In this document: piece after piece, positions 57,791-64,000 of the stretch
How positions within the stretch are numbered: the stretch's first letter is position 1
Layout of the letters: each line of letters opens with the position of its first letter
NCBI GenBank assembly: GCA_050015075.1
Contig: JBEKCB010000019.1
Span: 1-64,000 of the forward strand
Reading direction: 5' to 3'
DNA: 64,000 bases
Source: Candidatus Brocadiia bacterium
GTDB lineage: Bacteria > Planctomycetota > Brocadiia > CAIUPP01
Program-made: the position numbers and the translations under genes
The notes under the pieces: model-generated
Told to the model about the DNA's origin: nothing
The model's database searches: none
Seen by the model: the letters and a program-made list of their open reading frames with translations, nothing else

Positions 57791-59260
57791 ATGTACTTAT
57801 CTAAGAAAGTATGTCTGATCGCCATGGCCATTCTCTGCTCTGCGCTTGCCCAGAACGCTCGAGCCGAAAAAACCGATACCATCACTCAATACGGGATCAC
57901 ATGGAAACTAAGTCAACCGACCGAGGTCGGGCAGTTTGTGACCGGCGACTACTATGTCGTGGGCGACTGCGAGGTTGTTTCCGTCACGCCTCCTCCCGGT
58001 AATGGACGGAACGGATGCGAGCTGAATCCGCCGCTCGATGACAATCACAGCGGATATGACAGCCGCGAAGAGGGACATCGTTACGACGCCAAGATGTGCA
58101 CGCCACTGCCGGTTCGCATGAAGCCGGGCGATGCGCTCATGTCCACCATCAGCGTGACCGACCAGGAATACAAGACGACCACTCGTCGCTGGCTTCGAAA
58201 GATGGTCGTATCGCCCTGCCCGGTGAAAAGCGCCTGCGTGCTCACCTGCCTTGCCGCCGCCGTGCCGGCGGATGCCTTTCGTCCGTCCTACTGCGACCGG
58301 TCGCAGAAGATTTATCTGGCAAGCAACCTGAAGCGGAACCTTCTGCCGAGCCTGCCGTACGGCCGGGATACGGTGGATACCGACCTCGGCCCCGTATCGC
58401 TGAAGGAACTTGAAGATCATTACATGCGGGTCTGGCTCGATCTGGTCTTCTTTTCCTTCGACGCGCCCGTGGAATACCAGCCGCAGTATGGCAGAGAATT
58501 AACCGAAGCGCCCGGCCTCGCCACGTTGCTCCTGGAGACGGATTTGCCGCTGGAGAGAAAAGAGAGGCTTCTGATCGGCGTGGTGCAGAACGGGATTGAT
58601 CTGTGGGGCATTGTGAGAGCCGGCTTCCATGGATGGCAGGCGCACGGAGGGCATGGGTCCGGCAGGAAATGGCCGATCGTGTTTGCCGGGATGATGCTCG
58701 GCGACGATGAGATGGCCTCACCCACTAAGACGTATCCCAAGGTGCAGTTCGGGGAAGACATGCAGACCCTGTTCAAGCGTAGCTGGACGGGAGCGAACGT
58801 GGTTTACGCAGGGCATAACGGCGTGGATCGAAATGGAGAGGACGTCAATAAGAAACAGCCGGGATGGGGTCAGTACGAACATCTTCAGCCGAAGGACTGG
58901 CCGATTGATCCGGACGAGCCCGGCATGAACGAAGGTTACCGCCGTTTGAACGGGCCTCCGTGGGTCGGCGAAGCGCTGGCGGCGAGGATTATGCACGCGG
59001 AAAAATACTGGGACCACGACGCGTTTTTCGCTTATGTGGATCGCTGGATGACGGAGGACGATGCGCCCTTCCGCAAAATCATCCAGGAGCAGACAACCTT
59101 CCCGCCTTATCCTTCACGCGGGCTGACCTATCCTTCCTATGATTGGCAAAGACAGACGTGGTACCCATTCGTGATGGAAATGTGGAATAAATACCGCGAC
59201 AATCTTCCGCCGGGCCCGAATGGCGAGAAGACCCCGCCGGCGGAAACGACTTGGAAGTAG
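57791..59260 (+). CDS. Secreted protein of unknown function (aromatic-rich, possibly carbohydrate-active)
   Basis: Signal peptide (ARA-E), ITQYGITW, FRPSY, GGHGSGRKWP, FFAYVDRWM; RBS GGAGG. Confidence 0.75.
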   Translation: MYLSKKVCLIAMAILCSALAQNARAEKTDTITQYGITWKLSQPTEVGQFVTGDYYVVGDCEVVSVTPPPGNGRNGCELNPPLDDNHSGYDSREEGHRYDAKMCTPLPVRMKPGDALMSTISVTDQEYKTTTRRWLRKMVVSPCPVKSACVLTCLAAAVPADAFRPSYCDRSQKIYLASNLKRNLLPSLPYGRDTVDTDLGPVSLKELEDHYMRVWLDLVFFSFDAPVEYQPQYGRELTEAPGLATLLLETDLPLERKERLLIGVVQNGIDLWGIVRAGFHGWQAHGGHGSGRKWPIVFAGMMLGDDEMASPTKTYPKVQFGEDMQTLFKRSWTGANVVYAGHNGVDRNGEDVNKKQPGWGQYEHLQPKDWPIDPDEPGMNEGYRRLNGPPWVGEALAARIMHAEKYWDHDAFFAYVDRWMTEDDAPFRKIIQEQTTFPPYPSRGLTYPSYDWQRQTWYPFVMEMWNKYRDNLPPGPNGEKTPPAETTWK

Positions 59261-59299
59261 ATTGAATCCTTCGCCCCAGGCATGAGACGGCGCGGGCTA

Positions 59300-59869
59300 C
59301 TACATCCGCAGCGCCAAGGCCATCATTGTTTTCTTCTTCACGGCGTTCACGAGACCGCGCAATAATGCCAACCGGATGTTTATCACAAACATAAGTGCGA
59401 TGCAGACACAACCGGCTGCTGCGCAAAAGTGCATGGCGTAAATGAAGCCGTTCGCTTGCAAGGTATTCATAATGAGCGGCGGATAGTTAAGGGCATAACC
59501 GCAAAAGAACATAACCACGGTGAAGGCGGATGCCAGACAATAGCCGGAAATTGCGCCGGATATAGTTAGATGCAACTGGCTCTGCCAGGATACTATTTCA
59601 ACAAGCGCTAGAGCCAGCCTGTCCTGGGGCAGCGTGCTGATGATGTCGCCATCCTTGGTGAAAATATTCTGAGAGAATAAAAACTTGCGACGAGCCGCGC
59701 ATTTCTGCCACTCGGCGGCAAGCCTCTTTCCTTTCGGTCCGCGTGAAAAGCCGCCCGCCAACCGATCACAGGTGTTTCGCAATTGGTCGGGGCACAGACA
59801 GACCAGCCCGGCGAAGACAAGGACCGCCAGGCCGGCGATGCCTATCCACTCAGGGGTTGTCATTGCCAC
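59300..59869 (-). CDS. Hypothetical membrane protein
   Basis: Three hydrophobic segments; AT-richer codons. Confidence 0.5.
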   Translation of the reverse strand: MAMTTPEWIGIAGLAVLVFAGLVCLCPDQLRNTCDRLAGGFSRGPKGKRLAAEWQKCAARRKFLFSQNIFTKDGDIISTLPQDRLALALVEIVSWQSQLHLTISGAISGYCLASAFTVVMFFCGYALNYPPLIMNTLQANGFIYAMHFCAAAGCVCIALMFVINIRLALLRGLVNAVKKKTMMALALRM

Positions 59870-59900
59870 TCCGCTCCAGCGCCCGCACCGGGAAGTTCCG

Positions 59901-60371
59901 CTACGGCTTGACCGGTTCGTAGAACCCGCGGCCGAGATAGCGCAGCTTGCCCTGGCGGACCAGTTCCTGCCAGACCGATTCGGGCCACTCGCTGGGCGGG
60001 ATAATGCCCGCGACGGTGGACTTGGCGCCCTTGGTCAACGGATTGCGGCCCAGCTTCGATTCCTCGTCCAGCACGGTGAGCGAGAACCGCTTTCGAAACG
60101 CCTGTAACGCTTTGGCGCAGATGTCGCCGCTGGGCGCATCGGGGACGGCGCCGGCAACCGGAGGGTTTCTAAACTCCTCGACCAGGCCTGCCAAACCCGC
60201 CGCGTCGCGCATGCCCACGACATCGCCCACGCGGTCGGCCGGCAACGGGGTCTTCTGGAGCAGACGGTACACCTGCTTCCACTCGCCCGACGCCCGGCGC
60301 GGGTCGTCGTAGGCGCGGATGGCCGCTATCAGTTTATCGAGCGCTGCCAAAATCGCCGGGTCGGGGATCAT
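59901..60371 (-). CDS. Hypothetical protein with a small winged-helix-like C-terminal domain
   Basis: KALQAFRKR..LT.LDEESKLG..PL.KG...GI.PP..W....W.EL..QGKL...G.GFYE. Confidence 0.65.
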   Translation of the reverse strand: MIPDPAILAALDKLIAAIRAYDDPRRASGEWKQVYRLLQKTPLPADRVGDVVGMRDAAGLAGLVEEFRNPPVAGAVPDAPSGDICAKALQAFRKRFSLTVLDEESKLGRNPLTKGAKSTVAGIIPPSEWPESVWQELVRQGKLRYLGRGFYEPVKP

Positions 60372-60500
60372 CTTCGTTGCCTGTAATGAAGTGCCGGAAG
60401 ATGTTCATATCTTCTGGCGTTTTATTCTCCCGCGACACATGATATCATTCTGGCGCTGTCGTTCACAATTGCAAAGGTGTTATCGAGGGACGCCCACTTC

Positions 60501-61508
60501 ATGCGTCTCCCCATTTGCCTGATGATTGACGATCCTGCGCCCCTGATCAACGTCTACTGGTGGCACGTCGCCGCCCGGCAGAAAAGCGATGCGCCGGTTG
60601 AAGCCACGGGCGAACCGGTGCTGCGCGACGTGCCGCTCGATTTCATGCGCGAATTCGCCGACGTGGTTGCCGCCTGCAGTTTCCGCGGCAAGTTCACGGT
60701 CTTGCCCCATCCTGCGGGGCTGGGCAGGATCACCGAGGGATGGCCGGGCTGCGACCGGCGCGCGCTGGCGGAGTGGATCGCCATCGCCCGTGAGAGGCTT
60801 ATGGGGCGGATGGATATCACGCCGGAAATCCTCACCCATGCCGCAGCGCTGGACCTGGAGACAGGCGCGCTCCTCTCCGAGAACGAGCGCGACTGGTCCA
60901 TCCATCAGACGGCCGCGACCCTGACGCCGTATATCGCTCATGCCCTGCAAATCCTCAAGGACGCGGGGCTGGAAGCCACCGGGGTCACTTCGCCCTGGAA
61001 CTTCGGGCAGGCGGTGGAGGATGAGTATCAGCGCGCCATCCGCACGGCAATGCGGCAGGTCAGCGGGCGCGGACAATCATGGTATTTCTTGCACATGGAT
61101 ACCCGCGCGACGCGGTTTCTATCGCGTGTGGTGTGGCGCGAGAAGGACGACTGGCTGGTCAGCATCGTGGCGCAGTGCGACGATTATCTGTGGAAAACGA
61201 TGCAGACGGCCGACTGCAGCGACGAGTATGTGCGGACGCTGGCTTCCGAGTATTTGACCGAGGACGGCCGAAGCGGCCGGCTGGCGGAGTTGTTCCGCGC
61301 CGGGACGCCGATGGTTTTGGTCACGCACTGGCAAAGCCTGTTTTCGAACGGTCGCCGCACGGGCCTGCGAGCACTGGCGGAGGTAGGACGGCGCGTGCGC
61401 GCGGCGTGGAAGTCGGACGCGCAATGGATGACCTGCGGCGAGCTGGCCGCTCACGTGGCGACCGGCGATTTGACGTCTTCCATTCAGGAAAGGCACTGTC
61501 CGCCATGA
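60501..61508 (+). CDS. Hypothetical protein, possible NodB/CE4-like barrel
   Basis: LMIDD, ITPEILTH, GVTSPW, VTHWQS; overlaps the next gene (ATGA). Confidence 0.65.
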   Translation: MRLPICLMIDDPAPLINVYWWHVAARQKSDAPVEATGEPVLRDVPLDFMREFADVVAACSFRGKFTVLPHPAGLGRITEGWPGCDRRALAEWIAIARERLMGRMDITPEILTHAAALDLETGALLSENERDWSIHQTAATLTPYIAHALQILKDAGLEATGVTSPWNFGQAVEDEYQRAIRTAMRQVSGRGQSWYFLHMDTRATRFLSRVVWREKDDWLVSIVAQCDDYLWKTMQTADCSDEYVRTLASEYLTEDGRSGRLAELFRAGTPMVLVTHWQSLFSNGRRTGLRALAEVGRRVRAAWKSDAQWMTCGELAAHVATGDLTSSIQERHCPP

Positions 61509-62530
61509 CCCCTCGCGACGTTGTCCTTGCGGCGATCCGGTTCGAGAACCCTCCTTATGTCCCCTGGAACGTGGGCTTCACGGTGAAGCCGGCGGAAAAG
61601 CTCGCGCGGCATTTCGGGTCCAGGGACCTTCAGCCGTTCATCAAGAACCATGTGGGCGATCTCAAGTCCCCGACTCGCGACTTCCTCGAGGAATCGCCGG
61701 GGATGTTTCGCGACGCTTACGGAGTCCTGTGGGACCGCACCGTGGACAAGGATATCGGCACGCCTTGCGAATACCCGTTGCGCGAGCCGACGCTGAAGGG
61801 GTACTCCTTTCCCGCGCTTCGTCCGAGAGAGAACAAATATCGGGAGCTGATAGGCTCATGGCCCGGCCTTGCCGTGCGGTTCGGCATCGGCTTCAGCCTG
61901 TTCGAGCGAGCGTGGACGCTGCGCGGCATGGAGAACCTCCTGATGGACTTCGTGGCGCGGCCGCGCTTTGTCCACGAACTGCTCGACGCGATTTGCCAGC
62001 ACAACCTGCAGCTCATCGAATGGGGATTGCAGTTCGACCCCGACCTTGTCTATTTCGGCGATGACTGGGGCCAGCAGCGCGGACTGATCATGGGGCCCAA
62101 GCTCTGGCGGGAGTTCATCAAGCCGAGGCTCAAGCGGATGTACAGCCGCGTGCGCGAGGCGGGGAAGCTCGTCAGCATACACTCCTGCGGAGACGTGGAC
62201 GAGCTGTTTGACGACTTGGTGGAACTGGGCCTCAACCTCTTCAATCCCTTCCAGCCCGAGGTGATGGACATCTATGCCCTCAAGAAAAAGTATCACGGAC
62301 GGCTGGCTTTTCATGGCGGCTTGAGCATTCAGCGGGTGCTGCCGTTCGGCACGCCGGATGAGGTCCGCGCCGAGACGCGCCGGCTGATCCGCGAGATCGG
62401 ACGAGGCGGAGGCTACATCTTCGCCCCGGCGCATGACGTGCCCGGCGACGTCCCCCTGGAGAACATCCTCGCCTTCATGGAAGTCCTCCAAAACCAACCC
62501 GGGTTCCGCGAAATGAGTTGGCCCTCGTGA
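61505..62530 (+). CDS. Uroporphyrinogen decarboxylase / MtaA-CmuA family protein
   Basis: MTPRDVV, FERAWTLRG, GDDWG, HSCG, NPFQ, FGTPDEV, GGYIFAPAH, ENI. Confidence 0.88.
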   Translation: MTPRDVVLAAIRFENPPYVPWNVGFTVKPAEKLARHFGSRDLQPFIKNHVGDLKSPTRDFLEESPGMFRDAYGVLWDRTVDKDIGTPCEYPLREPTLKGYSFPALRPRENKYRELIGSWPGLAVRFGIGFSLFERAWTLRGMENLLMDFVARPRFVHELLDAICQHNLQLIEWGLQFDPDLVYFGDDWGQQRGLIMGPKLWREFIKPRLKRMYSRVREAGKLVSIHSCGDVDELFDDLVELGLNLFNPFQPEVMDIYALKKKYHGRLAFHGGLSIQRVLPFGTPDEVRAETRRLIREIGRGGGYIFAPAHDVPGDVPLENILAFMEVLQNQPGFREMSWPS

Positions 62531-62548
62531 GAGCGCTTTCGCAGGCGC

Positions 62549-63460
62549 TCAAGTCCGCATGTGTCGCCAGAAGTCGCGGCGGAACGTGCTGGGAGGCATG
62601 CCGCACCGCTTGCGGAATGCCTTGGAGAAGTGGAAGGCGTCGCAGAAGCCGGTCTGCCGGGCAATGGCGTCCATCTTCAGGCCGCGCAGCAGCAGGTTGC
62701 GGGCCAGTTCCATCCGCAGATCGGCCAGCGCGGCCATCGGGCTCTGGCCGGCTTCCCAGGCGTAGCGGTGCGAGAAGGCCGACGGGCTCATGCGCAGGTG
62801 CCGGGCGACGGCGGCGATGGTGATCCGCTCGGCCAGCCGCGGGCGGAAGAACTCCCGGGCGGCATCCGCGAGGCGCTTGGCCGGCGCGGCGCGGCCGCCG
62901 GGCAGGCTGAAGCCCGCGCCGATCTGCCTGATCTCGCCGGCCCGCTTGCCCGCGGCGGGGAGCGCCGGAAGCGAGCAGAGCAGCGCCAGGATCGCGGCCA
63001 ATTCGCTCTGCGCCCGCCAGAAGCCCGCCTCGCCCGCGGTCGCGCCGGCCTGGGCCATCTCGTGGAGGTGCGGTTCCAGCAGGCGCGCGGGGTCGGAGAT
63101 TCGCACGAACCGCCGATGAGGGTCCACCAGCCGCCGCAGCGCCGCCTCCTCGCCGCCGGCGAAGATCACCCACGCCTCGCGGACGGGCCCGCGAAGAGCG
63201 GAGGTGTCCTCCCAGTACGGCGTGCCGGGCGGGTAGAGGTGAACGGTGCCGGCCGCCCGCGCCTCCCAGGGAGATCGCGGAGAGCCCACGCGCGCCAGGC
63301 CGCAGTCGGACCGCGCATAGTCCAGCACCCAGAGCTTGTTGAGGTGGCGGTGGGTCGGGCCGCCCGCGGGCGGTCGTTGGCCGTACTGCGCGGAGACGAC
63401 CCGCGGCAGGACCGCCGCCGGAGCCATCGTCCAGGTATGACCGATCCAGGCCGGTTTCAT
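62549..63460 (-). CDS. AraC family transcriptional regulator
   Basis: Cupin-like N-terminus; MSPSAFSHRY, IARQTGFCDAFHFSKAFRKRCGMPP; divergent from the aminotransferase. Confidence 0.9.
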   Translation of the reverse strand: MKPAWIGHTWTMAPAAVLPRVVSAQYGQRPPAGGPTHRHLNKLWVLDYARSDCGLARVGSPRSPWEARAAGTVHLYPPGTPYWEDTSALRGPVREAWVIFAGGEEAALRRLVDPHRRFVRISDPARLLEPHLHEMAQAGATAGEAGFWRAQSELAAILALLCSLPALPAAGKRAGEIRQIGAGFSLPGGRAAPAKRLADAAREFFRPRLAERITIAAVARHLRMSPSAFSHRYAWEAGQSPMAALADLRMELARNLLLRGLKMDAIARQTGFCDAFHFSKAFRKRCGMPPSTFRRDFWRHMRT

Positions 63461-63569
63461 GCTTGCAAGATTATACATGAAGAATGCCGTTTTTTCCATT
63501 CCCCTTCGGCCTTGTGGCGAGGAGAATGGAGAGTCGTTTCCAGTTGGATTCGCTCTCAGGAGAAGAACC

Positions 63570-64000
63570 GTGGAAAAACTGGCGTTGGACGGCGGGCCGA
63601 AGGCGTATCCGGGGATGCAGGGGAAAAAGGAGCCGAAGATCGGCATGGATGAGTTCGTGGCCATAGCCGAGCGGTTCGGGTTCAGCGCGGAGGCGATCAA
63701 GCGCATCCGGGCGGCCGTCTCGAACGCGGACCTCCAGGACGGCGAGGCGAACCTGGCACGGTACTACTGCCCCAACCCGCAGCGGCCGGCCGGGCCGAAG
63801 TTCGAGGCCCTGGCGCGGAAGAAGTTCGGCGTGAAGTACGCGCTCGCGGCGAGTTCGGGCACGGGCGCCCTGCACGCGGCATTCGTGGCGGCAGGCGTCG
63901 GGCCGGGCACCGAGGTCATCGTGCCGGCCATCGGCTTCATGGCGACGGCCTCCAGCGTATTGCTCGCCGGCGGCGTGCCGGTCTTCTGCGACGTGGACGA
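63570..64000 (+). CDS. DegT/DnrJ/EryC1/StrS aminotransferase (3' end outside the window)
   Basis: Not in the ORF track. GTG after AGGAG reads EKLALDGG...SSGTGALH...GVGPGTEVIVPA..F.AT...GGVPVFCDVD. Confidence 0.9.
   Translation, partial: MEKLALDGGPKAYPGMQGKKEPKIGMDEFVAIAERFGFSAEAIKRIRAAVSNADLQDGEANLARYYCPNPQRPAGPKFEALARKKFGVKYALAASSGTGALHAAFVAAGVGPGTEVIVPAIGFMATASSVLLAGGVPVFCDVD

Noticed and set aside
61079-61504. N-terminal extension of the URO-D ORF
   Set aside because: It overlaps the upstream gene; the family N-terminus MTPR starts at 61505.

Overview
GC-rich window from a diderm bacterium; the gene content suggests Planctomycetota/PVC, which is an inference. Left to right: (1) a probable IS256 right end; (2) a metal-uptake locus (TonB-dependent receptor, TonB, ExbB, two ExbD, a coiled-coil protein, then a ZnuACB-type ABC system) ending in a small ribbon-helix-helix + Cys-rich regulator next to tRNA-His; (3) glgP and a PAS-kinase/REC/GGDEF/hybrid-kinase signalling operon; (4) an outer-membrane-type protein behind a ModE-type box, followed by a ModE wHTH gene; (5) a sugar-utilisation cluster; (6) smc and two tandem TRL-like lipoprotein genes sharing a structured leader; (7) rsmH, hom-thrC-thrB; (8) a sigma54-type exosortase/EPS operon next to an HD-GYP gene and a divergent PilZ-FliS pair; (9) recG, hicB with a deleted hicA, hisI, an MtlD-like gene, tadA, tRNA-Ser; (10) carbohydrate-type genes, AraC and a truncated DegT aminotransferase. 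Best candidate for an undescribed system: a Zur-independent metal-uptake regulon. Both metal-uptake promoters carry the same GTAWTAC-N3-GTRATAY element at identical spacing from TTGACA, overlapping the -10, and the RHH-zinc-finger protein at the operon end is the likely repressor. Other leads are the ModE-boxed outer-membrane protein, the duplicated TRL leader RNA, a pseudoknot-capable smc leader and two genes that appear to start at ACG and CTG. No CRISPR array or rRNA was seen. All calls come from motif recognition by eye; no searches or folding programs were run.
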